DNA of 58,778 bases, filler included, from Sphacelaria rigidula (Eukaryota), in NCBI GenBank assembly GCA_964200075.2. It is 5 parts of 5 records of this genome, joined end to end, with 100 filler letters (N's around TTAATTAATTAA, not from the genome) between each part and the next. Parts side by side here need not be neighbours in the genome. Positions count along the whole stretch, not along the records: positions 1 to 11,677 come from CAXNAA020004635.1; positions 11,778 to 23,454 come from CAXNAA020004636.1; 3 more parts are not named here. One strand, written 5' to 3'. Below the pieces are notes generated by a model that had not been told where the DNA came from, did no database searches, and saw nothing but the letters and a program-made list of their open reading frames with translations. The position numbers and the translations under genes are program-made. Shown piece after piece: positions 1-13,440 of this stretch. Each line of letters begins with the position of its first letter. Positions within the stretch are counted from its first letter, which is position 1.

Positions 1-784
1 GGAAAGATGTCTGACACACTTATGAGCCTCGTTTTTCAGGCAACCGAATACCCCCCCCCTATCGTAGGATGACTCAGGTGAATTAGTTGAATAATGCTCT
101 GCGACATTCACTACGAGGCACGCATGTTGTCACGGTAAGGTTTGGCATTTTTTCTACTACTACCGTGCACAACAATATTATTATAGGATTTCTACTATAA
201 TGTGTGCTGTCGAATTTCGCAGAAAGTGCCCCCATTAAGTGCATTCCGTGCGAGATTTTTATGCGCCCAAGATTCCAAACCGTCCTCAATCCATAGCAGA
301 TCCCCATTGGCAACATTTCCGCTCAGCACAGTGTACCTCTGTTTATGTGCTTTAGCTCAGGTACATGGATCCGACTTACCGTGATGCAAAGTTGGCGTTG
401 ACTCAAGGTTCAACCCTGAGGTGTTGTGAGAAGTTTGCTTCAAGAACTCCCATGCACACAGCTAGCCCTTCAAAAATGCCTACTTGATTCAGATCTGTCT
501 CCGACGTTGAGTTCATTGCGTAGATTCAGGTTAATAGTAAACGATTGTATCGTTACGCAAAATGCGTCGGTTGGTTGCAAGCCGTCCGCGATGAAAAATG
601 GATGTTACAAATGCGAGTTTCGACATGGAACACGGGTGATCTCTCCAATGTTCGAGTGTCGGGGAGCATAGAGTTTCCTCGTGTGCCTGCTGTGTTATGT
701 GTTATATGGCCTGTCGAGATTGGTGAATTCACGTGAAATTACTCTTCCGTGGGCAATGATCATGATGCGTTTCCGTCCGACCAG

Positions 785-3700
785 ATTGGCAACAGTGGAA
801 ACGTTCGAGTCACGGGCATAGAGCTGACTCACGGGGGTGTGCTACTGCCATGCGATCACCCCACCTACCTTTACCCCACGGACGAGCCATACGAGTGCAA
901 CGAGACTCTTTCGTTGGTGTGGAGCGATATAGAGGCAGGCCTACAGGAGACGGAGGCGACGTGAGTCTATTCCTTCATGCCCTTTCGTGTACGGGGCCCA
1001 CAGACGCGATTCGCTGAAACTAACCGTCTATTTGCCAAGCGGCTACCTTGGTCGCATTATGTTTTGGTGTTGAACAACACCTTCAATGCTCCAGTACGCA
1101 GACATCGAACGAAATCGTACACCCACATAAGAATACGAGAACCACTCACGTCAAGAAATAGGGTTGCCATGAGGGCGAGCACAGTGTGGGCGATAGGGAA
1201 TCCAGTACTGATTCACATGCAGCGCTGTTGATCAAGCATTCAAGCGCACATAGTAGGAGCGCGAATCTTTAGGGAATCCACGGCATCTGCCATACACTTT
1301 TTCTTTTGTCGCACTTTGAACCCCTCCCCTTCCTCGGAACGAGTCCATGGTCTCAAGGGATCATCCCATCTCTCCCCCGGTACATTACGCGATGCAAAAA
1401 CAAGAGCGCACTCCTGAGTGTCTCATTTTAACCCGGTTATCTGTTGCGCAGTAGGAAAAGATCAAACAAGATCGTCCAGTTATTCGTTTTTTCCGGAATG
1501 TGGCCTGCTTAGCATGCGAGTGCTGATATCCACTCTTGTACAGCTTTTCCCCAGGATTCTCTCTCTCTTAGAATGGCAGAATCTCGTCACCGCTGCAGTG
1601 CTATTCTGCCGATTGTGCGGTAGCTCGGCGGCGAGCATTCACAGTCTTGAGGAACCCATTGCGTTTTTGTGAAGACTTTTTCCCGTCAAGTATGTCAACT
1701 TTGTAGTTGTTCGACCTCGAGTTAGTTGCTGTCGATCTCTGGAATTCACCAGCGGAACGAGGATGCATCTCTGAGGTGCTGGATGTAGCCAATCAGCAGG
1801 GTTGTGTGGTAGTGCAGATGCACGTCAGCATAATGGTACAAGATGTGCTATAGTGCGAGGAATCACCAATTCCGCACCGCACGATAGTTGTCTGCGAATA
1901 ACCCAGCCATCTTCCGAAGGCTATGGACACCTTGTACCGTCATTATTTCCTGCGTGAGGATAACGTCGATAATGACTTCGCCCATCTATATCTTACACAG
2001 TGTGTTGACAAGTCCGGTCAGCGCATAACCCCAGTAATTAACTATTAGTGGTTTTATTCTTGCTCATTTGTCGCAGATTAACGGCCTGGGACGCAAACCT
2101 TTTGCTTGGCTCCGGTCAGCTGGAGCAGGCGCACAATGCAAGCAGCGTTTCCCTAAAGCCGCCGCCGTCTGTCGCAGTTAGTGAGTGTTCATGAGAAGTG
2201 GGCTGTTCGTTTCTTGTCCATGCTGTGCCTTGTTTCTCTCTTTTCCCTCTGTCTTTTCGTTTTCTCATTCGATTCATAGTTAGCTGCTTGTTTATTTATT
2301 TTTTGAGGCTACTAAATCAATGAATATCTCTTTCCCGGGTAGTCCCACGGCTCGCAGTGACCACCTGATAGCACGGTCTTCATATCGCTAAATCTTAACC
2401 TGCAACTTCGGCGTTGCCTTCTGTTCGGCTTCTTCTCTGAGTTCCTGGCAGCGACCTGTCGGAGTTTTGTCGGGGCCGGCACCAGCATTGTATTCTGTTC
2501 TTTCCCTGCTTTCTTCTTCGTCGTTGTGCCGCTTGAATCGTGTATCCTTCAGTGAGTGCTTCTGTTTGTGTCTAATTCTCTTGATTTCACCCATCTTTTA
2601 ATGACGACTACATTCGTAGCACACCAGTCACTGAGCGACACTGACCACTCAGTTTATCAATCTCTAACACACCGTATTTCCACCGCCCACTCAAGTCACG
2701 TGGTCATGAATCGTAGTTACATCAAGAAACTATCATCATATACTAAATGCAATATTTTGTAGTTAGATACATACCTAATCAAGTTATGTCACCAATGTTT
2801 AATTGTCTCACATGGGTACTACTATTTGCGGCGATTGAAAACTTATCATTTCCTACCTCGAGCATCAGCCGAGCGTAGGTGTTTCCTCAAACTTCACGAT
2901 GGATCTGATTCATGGTCGAAAGGAATTACAATGCCTAAATAAACAGGGAATGTTTGAGATCGGGTCTGGTCGCGGGGACATGGTATGCGAAGGTATCAAA
3001 AGCATCACCACGCGGTCAACTCTAATAGCGCACAAAACGATTTTCCTGAGCATTTAGAGCTACTATTTCCGCGATAAATCCTTGTCCGAGGGGAAGCAAA
3101 GGGGAACTGACTTGGGGGGCTGAGAGTGGGAGCAAACCTCCAGATATGAGAAAAATGCCCGCAGACGCATACACAGATGTACGCCAAGCATAAAGTATGC
3201 TGGAACAACTGAGGGGATTGCCACGTACCCTATCCTTCACATACGTTCTGCTGCTACCGCCGGCTTCAGTGCAAACACGATGGCCGCATCCGCCATGATT
3301 CGGGGCTGATGCAGCCAGCGCCTTCACGACACGCAATCCATGCACGGTATCAGCGTGCTATGCCCCATGACCCCAGATACATTTAGGTATTGCATCTCCA
3401 GGAAATGACATCGTTAGATGATACCGTCCACATTCGCCGCATATGCTGCCGATGGATGGATACAGTCGGCAAGCCTCGCGATAACTGTGAATAGCACGTT
3501 TAACGTGTCGCCGCCGCTGACGGAGGTAGGTACCACAATGTCGGCAACACGTCGATAGTATGAGCCATGCCCCCATAAACGTATGCTCATATTGCCTCCG
3601 GGTGGCAGGCAGTGGCCGTGCTGTGACCGATTTCTCCACGAGTGTTATCGGCGCCAGAACGCTGTGGCCCACATTGCCGTGTTCCGTCGACTACGACGTG

Positions 3701-6700
3701 TCTCGCAGTTACGCCTCCATTTTTCGGCGCCATTTCGAACAGCATCGCCGACATTTCCTCGCCTTGGCTAACAGAGCGTAAATGTCGCCTTCACTTCCGC
3801 AAGTGCCGGTGGCGCATCAATAAACGTGGCAGATACCCCCGTTCGTTGTAGCGACAGACGGATTCTATCGCCCAACGTTCCTGAAGTAGAGGCCACACAA
3901 AGCCTAGTTCGGGCTCAGGGTCAGGGTCACGATCGGAGTTTACGTTTTGGGTTACGGTTGGGGTTGCTGTTGAGGGTTGGGTTAATGAGGTGTAAGCGAG
4001 AGTTGCACGCTGTTGATGACACTGCTACAAGAGTTGCCAAGACCGGGTTTTTCGCAAGCAGGGCAAGAGTCTCCCCAGCAATCGCTATGCTGTGGCCAAC
4101 ACTAGCGAGAACTGGCGATCGCGCTGACGGGAAGTGGTAACCGTACCGTTGACTTGCCAATAACAGGTATCGGCGATATCTGTGCCATGGGTGGTCAGTT
4201 AAAGTGCGACAATCAATCAATCAATCGAAATGATAGGCAGGTGTCGATCAGACTAACGGCAAGTGTGGTCGACAGTGTCAGTCACTGTTGCCGGAAGTGC
4301 CGCTGGTGGCGGATATTTTGAACCGACGTTTACGGCAAGTGTTGCCGACACTTGCACTCGCTGTTGGCAGCAGTGACCACAACCGCCGGTGAAATTGTCA
4401 ACATACGACACCCCGCCCGCCCGCTGAAAACAAGAACCTGGTGTCAAATGACATTGGTTGTCTATGGATCATCTATACTCCAGCAGAATACAACCGTTGA
4501 TACCTGACAAAAAACGTTTTTTCCAGTAATTAACCTTCGAGCACCATATATCACAGTGTATCCGAACAAAATGACTCGTGTCCTTTTGAAACGCTCTGAT
4601 TGAAAACCTACGAAGGTTTCGATGGAATATTCATGGATGGCGGAGGAAGTTTGGCCAACAATGTGGCGGACATCGGAGACACTGTTAGGTGAGCTTTTCT
4701 CCACATCCTCGGAGCATTCCAGTATTGACGGAATCTTCAACAGCACCACCCCGGTAATGTCTGATCAGGTCGGATCTGCGCTAGAGCGTATAAATATTGC
4801 TCGCAGCTACTTCTTATTGCTCGAGCCGAATTCTCTCGGTAAGAGATCCGACAGCGCAGTCATATCTGGGATGCGGTTTACGGGTCACGTATTGCTGTTT
4901 TTCGTCTTCTTGTGGTGAATATGATCTATGCAAGCGGTTCGCGTGGGACCCTTCGGGTACCTTATGTTTTCTGAGCGTCCTCAAGATAGTTCCAGTATTT
5001 TGAATATGCTCGTCGCTCGTCCTTTGTTCAGTAACATAATGTACGTCTACGCACCTGTCGATAAGCGGGCTCTTCGGTCACGCTCCGGCCGACGGTTGTG
5101 GATCGAACAATCCCCTCGGACTTTTGGTTCAGGGCCTGTCTAACGAGACGACGTGCATACAACCCTCCGTCAACATGTTTTTCTGATACCGCCCATACTT
5201 GAGAATGGTCCGCTCGTCAAATTGTCTAGCATGATAAGGGCACATCTGACGCGCGAAGAGGTAGAGCTACACTGACGGTAGCTTTGCTCTCATGCCTGTG
5301 ATACTTTTTATTCTCTTCACTGCTGCAGCTATTCAATTGTGGTGACGAACGATGGACATGCGATACTGAGTTCTGTGGTCATTTTTGCCGAAGCTCTTGT
5401 TGTTGCAGGTGAGCAGAATTTCGAAAGTGTGTCAAGGATTGACGTAGGCTGCTTCGTAGCTAGCCAGACCAATGCCGCGTACCGGCTTGTGCCCAAAGGT
5501 ATGAGGACTTGTGGGACCTTCGGAGAATGTGATGTGGCTTCGGAGGGGCGGGTAAATGACAAAATGGGACAGGGTAAAACGCGTAATTGTGTACACTACA
5601 TGTTCAGTAGATGATATCCCTTCCACCCCCTTCTCTCAGAACGAACCAACTCTTTTACTTGTGCCAGTATTATTTGAGGTCGTCGAAGCGAGGCACGACG
5701 TGATAAAACTGTAACAACGTTCGCCATGGGGAATGACACATATGGTATGGTCGTGTTGCGTTCATTGATTGTATACGTTTCGCGCAGGAGATGTTCGATA
5801 CGATAACATATCACATACTGCGAATCCTCACCATCCGTCGCCCGATACCCTACGTATGTTCTTCAGATGGCCACAGCAACATCACATGCGATGTCCCCAT
5901 AACAACGCCTGCGATCGGAGATCATGCGGGTGCGGTACTCCTTTCGGATGACCTTACTGTACGAGCAACAGTCTCGTGTAAGGGCACTTATGCGCTCACG
6001 GCAAACGACATCAACGCCCTGGAGACTTCGAGTATGACCTCTGTGCAGGGTTCGGACACGTTCAATAACACAGTGCACGATAATGACTCAGAAAGTGTTT
6101 CGCTACACCAGGTGAGCTATACGAAAGAAGCGCTGCCTGAAACGACTTGTGTGCCTCCAGGGGTAGTAGCGTCGTCGAGAAACCGCCTCGTCTTGAGGCA
6201 CTGCCTATGTCAACATTATCCCTGAGCCACGTTTCGTGGAATCTACGGATTGTTGGAAGTTTATCAGCAAACTCGTGATATTGCCAGTGCTACCAGCAAA
6301 AATGTTGAAAATCTCAAATTCGGGGGTAAAGCTCGAGATAAAACACAAAACTGGATATTGACGACACAAAAAATGATGGTCCTCACATGTCCACATCAGT
6401 GTGGATAATTTTATAGATTCTAGATTTCTGGACGGAGACCAATATTTTTATGTGCTCCACGAGAGGTCAGCGAATAGTTAACGTATCGGGCTACATTGGT
6501 TGGTATGCCGGCCAAAATCTGTGCGATGACGAAAAGGTTTCAATGTTCCAGCGAAGGGTATAACCGTCACATGGGCGGTTAAGTCGTAAGCCCTACGTCG
6601 ACGCTGTGCAGAACAATTCCTGCTCAAATTGATCTGGCATAATTAATCATATCAGCGAGTGTGTTTCGAAGCATGTTCCCCCCACCATTCGTTGATCAGG

Positions 6701-9700
6701 TCGGGTCAATGATGGTCTCTGTCGAACACGTGTACGGGGGGGAGTCTGCAGCGGCAAGGGTCGGTCAGACCATCGAGTTCTCGTTCATCTTGAAAAACGA
6801 CGGGTTGCTCGACCTCTTCAACATCAGCATAGAAAGCGGATATCTGGAAGCACGGGGGTCATTGATAACATGCTTAGATCCCAGCGGCAACGACACTGTG
6901 GGAGACCTGCCTGGGATTGTGAGCGGCATTGCTTCCTTGCCCTCAGATGGGATCACGCCAGGCCAACGCATCACGTGCACGGGAGCCATTGCCTTGCTTC
7001 AGGAGGAGGTATGTGCACTGATCGACACGAGAAAATACAGCATACGCCAGAGTAGACCAGGTAGGGCGTCTCAGGCCATATACTCCCTGCATGTTGAGTC
7101 AAGAGTTCTGAACGAGACAGGTGTTGGCCAAATGGCCATGGTCATCGGAGTGTTACATATATATATATATATATATATGTGCGTGTATATGTTTCCCCTG
7201 GTATTGCTGCTGACGCTTTGCAGCGTCGAATAAGCAGTTCAGGGAAAGTATGCATATGTGTATGTTTTTACCGTATGCGGATCGAGGAGAATGCCGTACC
7301 ATTCAGCTCTCATTATCTGAGATTCCACTGGTACCCATCGACGTTAAATATCATGGTACATGCACTGTTGTTCCTACTGTTTATCGTTGAAACACGTGCG
7401 CTCCCAACCTCATGTCTCTCATCAGAGGGTGATTTGGATTTATTCAGAATAAGCATCCAATTTGAAAAAGTGTTTCGTGTGCCAGATGTACCTCGCCGTG
7501 TCTTTTCCGCGAAGCGCATCATTGACACAACATGCCCACGCGTCGGAGAATATCTATCGAAAAACAGGTTTCAGGTCATGGCGTCGCAGCGACACAGGAG
7601 ATGATGTGACAGTATCGTGCTGCTTGGCCAAGTTTCGAACAGTTAGCCCCGCGTGTACGTGTCTGGTATTTTTCTCGCGAGCAGATTAACGCGGCGCAGA
7701 TTAACGTTTCCGCGAAGAGCACGGCCATGTACGAAGGAGATGAAGGCAAAAGAAGCGAGACAGTTCGAGCAAGTAGAGACGGATACTACGTCACCCTTGG
7801 CCAGGTACTGTCGTGAAACCTATTTGCGATATTTGTTTTGTGTTCACTAACTCACATTTGAGAAATCAGAGTTGTCAAATATTCTGCAACTAGCACTCAG
7901 GTTTTGCATGATGTTTTGGCTCACCAAACATCGTTGGTATCTACATGCACACAAATTTCTTATCTCGATCTATCACCCAATTTCGGGACTGATGAAGAAG
8001 GTTTTTCTCTTCCAACGGTTTGCGAGTTCAATGGTCAAATGATTGAGGCATGCAACAAAATTGCATCATGATCAGATCTCTGTCCCCCCCCACGCATCCA
8101 CGTACAGAACGCGAAGATTGGAATCGTCAAGTCTGGTGAACATACAGCCGAGAACTCCGAGGGACTGGCGGCAACTGGGGAAGTGATACGTTTCATTATT
8201 ACGGTATCCAACGACGGAAATGTAGATCTTCAAGGTGGAATCTTGACCGATTCCATGTTTCAAGGTGCCGAAGGTGAAGCACCCACAAACGTGTCGGTCC
8301 TTGTGCCATCTAGACACAAACATTGTAATGCAACCGGCGTTAGCATAATATTTCAACTGCTGCTCGCACTACCTGATGAAATTTCGTTCCAGGGACTTGC
8401 TTGTAGATTGCGTATGTACAACATTCAGCCTAAGTCCTCGTGTCAAGGTCATCAGACTTTCTCCAAGACACACTGGGTCTACTAATGGATTTTAGAAATT
8501 ATTGTCTTGGGAGCTTTGATACAGAGCAAACCTACGTGTTCTATTCGTCAGGCAGCGAATATCAGAGCTGTACAAAGATATGCGTGTGTCTGTCAAGCAC
8601 AACGGGAGAATGTCTCGCACAATCCTTCACCACAGGATGAGAGGTGCCACTCTCTTATATGCTCACGTCTTGCATGTAAGCAAGCGGCACACTGGCGTTC
8701 ATTGTCGTACTTTCAGCTTTCCCAGGCCCATGTGATTACATATCTGCCCCTAAAATTCTCCTTACATTGCCGACATTCACATCAACCAGGTTCAAACGAT
8801 AGCATAGGCTGTGTCGATGGCGCACCAGACGTTCTTGCGGTTGGCGAAAACTTCACGTGCTCACCGATACACTACATCATGCAGAGTGATATCGACGCGG
8901 GCTCCGTGGAAAGTACAGCAAGGTATTGCACCAGTAAAATATACGTAGCATGTCGTGCGACACTAGGGGTTGTCAAACCATCGATCGCAGCGCCCTGTAG
9001 GGCCGGCAAATGTACACCCCACCACTATCCGTGAGAGAAAATAACGTATTTGGTTTTTTCAATAAACATCAGACCCTGAGATGCTCCTTCCACCAACGAT
9101 TGCTATTCGATCGCCCCTTTCTATCTAAAGGATCACGGCCAGCACCGGTCTAGGTACTCAAGTCAACGACGCAGCCAACACTACGGTACAGCTCGCTCGG
9201 GAGGGATCATTGAGTCTCCGCATATCAGCCGCCTTTGTCGATCCGGATCCGACCACGGGGCCCACAGCAGGAGACGCAATTTCTTACTATTTTGTCGTGG
9301 AAAACAGCGGAACCGTTACGGCATGGGCAATATCACTCACCCTCACGATGGGTGACAGGCCTGTATGCAACCCCGCCCTGACGTCACTGCAGCTGGCCCC
9401 TGGTGGCGGGACGAACTGCACTTCTACTTACGAGGTAAGGAGTAATTTCACAGACCATTCTAAATGACTTATGAGGCTAGAGAAAGTGCAAAATATTTGA
9501 TCGTTTCGTGTATTATGGAGTCGCACGAATGACTACTGGAGTTGACGATGCTCACTTGGCAGGAAACGTCAGGGCTTGATCGTCGTCAGGCATCGTGCAT
9601 TGAACGGGTCGTTGTAACGCTTCCTCGCCCAACGCGTCAACTCATTTCTCAGCATCGGTCGCACAACAGTCCTCTGTTTGGAATGGAGCCGCCAACGCGA

Positions 9701-10696
9701 ACTGTGAGGGCCACAGCGCTCGATCCTGGTCTCGTTTCAAGTGCCGAGGCTGCATCCAGAACCCTAACCCTGATGCTAACCGTATCGCCTGCACGGACCC
9801 ATCTCTCGCTGTTCTCCTGGTTTCCATTGTACTTTGACCCTGTGTAGGTGACTCAGGACGATGTGGACGCCGCCGAAGTGCGGAATTCCGCGGTTCTTAC
9901 GGCCACCAGTCCTGTCGGAGCAGTTAGCACAGCAGATGATGAGAGTGTGTCCATGGAGCGGAATTCCACCATATCCATCGGTGAGAGACGCATTAGTTGT
10001 GGATGAATATTGCACACACTGCAGTTTCAAGGACGATGTCGTCGAAACATTCCGTCATATTTTGGTATAACCATGTCTTGAGTGCTGTCGTGAGTATCGC
10101 AAATGCAGAAGTTCGTGGAAAAGATGGAACGAGAAGTCGATCAGCATTTTTTTCTGTGCTCACCTTTTGGCCGTGTCTTGGTTGGCACTGTTGGTCGACG
10201 AACGACAGCGCCGCAAGGTTTACCGATGTTCGGCCACTATATTTTGCGCCTATACATCCTGTCCTGCTAGCGTCGAGCTGCAGCTGTTGTCCTTTCTGGC
10301 ACGTAAGACACCTTCGAGAAACAACCAGATACTTGCCCACTGTTAGACATCAGATTTAGACATATCGTTTGCAGTACTATAATACCCACTATTGCACTTG
10401 TGGATTCAACATCATATGTGTACTGTGTACTACGAGTATGATACAGATTGCTACATGCATGAATCATAACAGGATATAGTCTCTGACTGTACTTGTACCA
10501 CCTTTGCCTTGCCAAACTGCAACTGTGACAGTGAAAGAGGGCACTGTCATTAAGGGCGAGGACGATATTCTGTCGAGCGGGGATATGATTTCGTACACGT
10601 TCACCGTGAGCAATACCGGCCACACCTGTCTGAACGTGACGAACATCCAAGACGAAAACATTGACAACGTGGTCTGCTCGGATACGGGCATGTCAG
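785..10696 (+). CDS. Partial multi-exon gene for a large, probably extracellular protein of tandem DUF11/TIGR01451-like (DUF7507-type) ~110-140 aa repeats; 5' and 3' ends not found in the contig
   Basis: Hand-spliced exons, all AG|exon|GT and phase-compatible: 785-960, 2077-2180, 4616-4688, 5329-5408, 5867-6111, 6700-7008, 7685-7804, 8108-8273 (alt donor 8264), 8790-8922, 9131-9434, 9848-9980, 10532-10696 (2008 nt, ~669 aa, no stops). Repeat motifs: IGDTVSYSIVVTNDG, VGQTIEFSFILKNDG, TGEVIRFIITVSNDGNV, AGDAISYYFVVENSGTV, SGDMISYTFTVSNTG; LAVGENFTC, LAPGGGTNCTSTYEVTQDDVDA, MQSDIDAGSVESTA. About 14 N-x-S/T sequons. Family assigned by recall of the consensus, not by search. Confidence 0.88.
1295..1385 (-). 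repeat. Fragment of the SINE-like repeat also present at 43370-43690
   Basis: cccctccccttcctcggaacgagtccatggtctcaagggatcatc closely matches cccttcccttcctcgggacgagtccctggtcgcaaggaatcatc at ~43400-43445. Confidence 0.55.
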
Positions 10697-11452
10697 GTGC
10701 GAAGACACGGGCTCGAGGGAAACCATGAACTATATACGTGGTGATACACTAGATAAGTGCCGCTCCCTTTCCGAAATACTAATACGTCTTCCACAAACCT
10801 GAGCTTTAGCCGAAATCAAAGGCGTGCTGCCGGGAACATTACGAGTCGTCGCGCATACGAGTGCACTTACATATAGATCCCTCGTGTCGCCATGTACACC
10901 CTGCATATGCTGTCGTGTTACTGTCTCCCACGGTGGATTCAATAACACGCCCAAGGCCACAAACCAAAAGCACCGAAACATTAAGTAGTACTACTAACGG
11001 ACAGTACTGTTTGTTACAGTCCGAGCGACCGAATAGTCCTGCGTTATCGCCTTCCAGGGAATGTATCTATTTCACACCCTGCGCATGTTGTTGTAGAACC
11101 CAGTACTATAATACCACGGTGAAAGCAAGTGTCGGCGTGACGAGCGACGGGGGCAACATCAAAGCATTTTCATCGCGCGAGGGATCTCATGAAATAAATG
11201 TCTGGACACCTGCTTGGTATCAGTGGACAGGGCACGGTTATTCCTTTCGCGGCAGATGGACACTCGTTTACTTACGCAGGAATTACAGCCATTTCGGCTA
11301 TCTCTTTTAAGAAAACAGAACGGTAAGCTAGCCCCGCAAGCAGTGATCGTTTGGTTGTACAACATCCGTAGCTCATGCAGTATTGCACGCTTAAATGTAT
11401 CCGACTGTTCGACGCCAATGATACGAGCTGATCGTTACCGCCCCCCCCCCGG

Positions 11453-11600
11453 CGAAAGGGATGCGTGGTCAATGGTCAAACGACTAAGGCAAGCAACAAA
11501 TGAGTACGCCCCCCCGGCCATATGTATATAGGTTCTCCGTCTCGAAAGGGATGCGTGGTCAATGGTCGAACGGCTAAGGCAAGCATCGAATGAGTACGCC
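11453..11600 (+). repeat. Two tandem copies of a ~60-bp interspersed repeat, each followed by a C-run
   Basis: cgaaagggatgcgtggtcaatggtc(a/g)aacg(a/g)ctaaggcaagca..aatgagtacgcc at 11453-11510 and ~11543-11600. A third copy is reversed at 35331-35395. Confidence 0.85.
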
Positions 11601-11677
11601 CCCCCTCCCCCCCCCCCCCCCCCCCCCCCACCCGCAAACAGCCCCCTCCAACCCAAACGCCACCCCACCCACGACGA

Positions 11678-11777
11678 NNNNNNNNNNNNNNNNNNNNNNN
11701 NNNNNNNNNNNNNNNNNNNNNTTAATTAATTAANNNNNNNNNNNNNNNNNNNNNNNNNNNNNNNNNNNNNNNNNNNN
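11678..11777. other. Artificial contig-joining spacer (N44-TTAATTAATTAA-N44)
   Basis: Exactly 100 bp; the central 12-mer gives stops in all six frames; identical spacers recur every ~11.78 kb. Confidence 0.97.
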
Positions 11778-11850
11778 TGGGAATCGAACCCCCCAACTCA
11801 ACCATCAGAAGGTTACGAGGTTACCAACTGAGCCACCGGGGCGACCGGCT
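11778..11850 (-). mobile_element. 5' tRNA-derived head of a SINE, truncated by the contig end
   Basis: Minus strand gccggtcgccccggTGGCTCAGTTGGtaacctcgtaaccttctgatggttgagttggggGGTTCGATTCCca shows Pol III A and B boxes but no complete cloverleaf. Same head at 21437-21481 and 47118-47179. Confidence 0.75.
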
Positions 11851-11939
11851 GACCTACATCCGTATATACATACTTGAAAAACTACATACAGTCTGCATTA
11901 GAAGGTCAACATATTTCGGGGCGGGACCTTGCATGTGAC

Positions 11940-12015
11940 TTCTGTAGTGTAGTTCAACAGCCCAAATATCGCTACCGCCGGTAATGGACGTGGGATCGAT
12001 TCCCACCGCGACCGT
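11940..12015 (+). mobile_element. Second tRNA-like (SINE head) remnant
   Basis: tgtagtgtagttc (A-box-like) followed by a T-arm-like hairpin gtggga-tcgat-tcccac at 11990-12006. Confidence 0.35.
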
Positions 12016-12169
12016 TTTCACCACCCTTCTTTCTCACTATGTGTTCCCCAGTCTTTCAACTCGGAGGGGCAAACAAAATTCCTAAACCCGAGGTTTCACA
12101 AATGCATTCAATGTTCATGACCACGGGTAGCTGAATTTTACCTAAGTTGTTGAATCAACGCCATAGTAT

Positions 12170-12620
12170 CGAGAAAAGCCACCTTTGCGATTAGCGGTGG
12201 CGTGACTCAATCTGATCATCACTCGAAGATGCTTCCACGTATCTAACATCAGAAAAAGCCGATGATCACCTCGTCCCACCAGCCACAGTCCTGATGGGCT
12301 TGAGGTGCACAAAGGAGGGGGAAGTGTGGAAGACATCTCTTGCAAACTTGGAATAACACATCGGAAATTGATTCCACACATACATGACACATCTCTTGCA
12401 AACTTGGAATGACCACACAAGCATGAAGAACCAGAGCATGCAGGCACAAGGTAGGAACGGTCCTGAAGGCCCCGATCACCGTGATCCTGTAAGGCCAACG
12501 ACACTAGACAACTCGGGGTGATAATGCTATGAAGAGCCCAATATCAGGGTGGCCCAACATCCCCCGACGAGACGGGTGCACCTCACGGTGCATCACTTCG
12601 ACTTCCAGTCTGACCCCGTT
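12170..12620 (-). pseudogene. Highly decayed Ty3/gypsy integrase N-terminal remnant
   Basis: Minus-strand fragments EVHPSRRGMLGHP (H...GH-like), FQVCKRC and GWWDEVIIGFF (W-x-x-V-x-x-D-F-like) occur in integrase order but across frames. Confidence 0.35.
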
Positions 12621-13440
12621 GCTTACATTACACGAGAAGAAACATCACTAGCCTCGGATCTCCTTCGATCTAGGCGACGTCTCCAACGACAGTCTTGCCT
12701 GTAGGTCTCTGTCTACCCCAGCGATACGCCTTCCTCATATAAACGGAGATTACGTAGAGTATCCGTCTGCCCAACTACTCGGTGTGGTGCATCTATTACT
12801 CACCACCACAGTACTCGGTACCCCCTACTATGTGGAGTGGCCGTACTCTATAATACTGACTACTTCATAGGATTTGGAATTCCCATCTCTCGAAATACTC
12901 GGTCCGGTACTCGCAGCACCCAGGATAGTACTTGGTACCCCAAAGCACCTGGAGTATCGATAATCTGCGGTAGGGAGTGTATCTCGTAATAACTACAGTA
13001 CCTTCTCAGAATGCTTGCACTCCGTCTCTACTCCACCCTGTATGGAGGTCGCTATGTTGTATGCGTGGGGTGATAACGTATAGTATATGACATGTGAACC
13101 GGCGACGAAGCCAGTACAGGAACAGGTTAACCGTGGACAGGTCGAGAGGGCCGAAACGCCCATCTTCCTCGAGAGGGCCAAACCTTTATCTGTACAGCCG
13201 AGTTTCAGGGATCTTAGGCAAGAGTCCACAAGGGTACAGGAGTTCCACCTATAAGGACCACCGTTGAGCCCTGGGGAGTCACCACCCACAGAAGATCAAC
13301 AGAAACACATAACACAAACAACCGTTCCGTACCGGTGCAGGCTGACTCTAAGAGCCCAACACTCTGACTATTGTCAACCCTTGCGTAAGGAACAAGGAAG
13401 CGGATTATCGTATCACGTTGATAGTTCACACCGTTCATAC

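Noticed and set aside
3852..3930. Extra exon of the repeat gene (DRRILSPNVPEVEATQSLVRAQ)
   Set aside because: Phase incompatible with exon 2077-2180; exon 4616-4688 already completes the repeat.
11097..11310. Next exon of the DUF11-like repeat gene
   Set aside because: The acceptor before 11097 in the required phase gives EPSTIIPR followed by a stop; other frames lack repeat motifs, so the continuation is probably off-contig.
11778..11850. Functional tRNA gene (also 21437-21481, 47106-47179, 11940-12015, 43620-43690)
   Set aside because: A/B boxes are present but no complete cloverleaf or acceptor stem; multiple diverged copies attached to SINE bodies.
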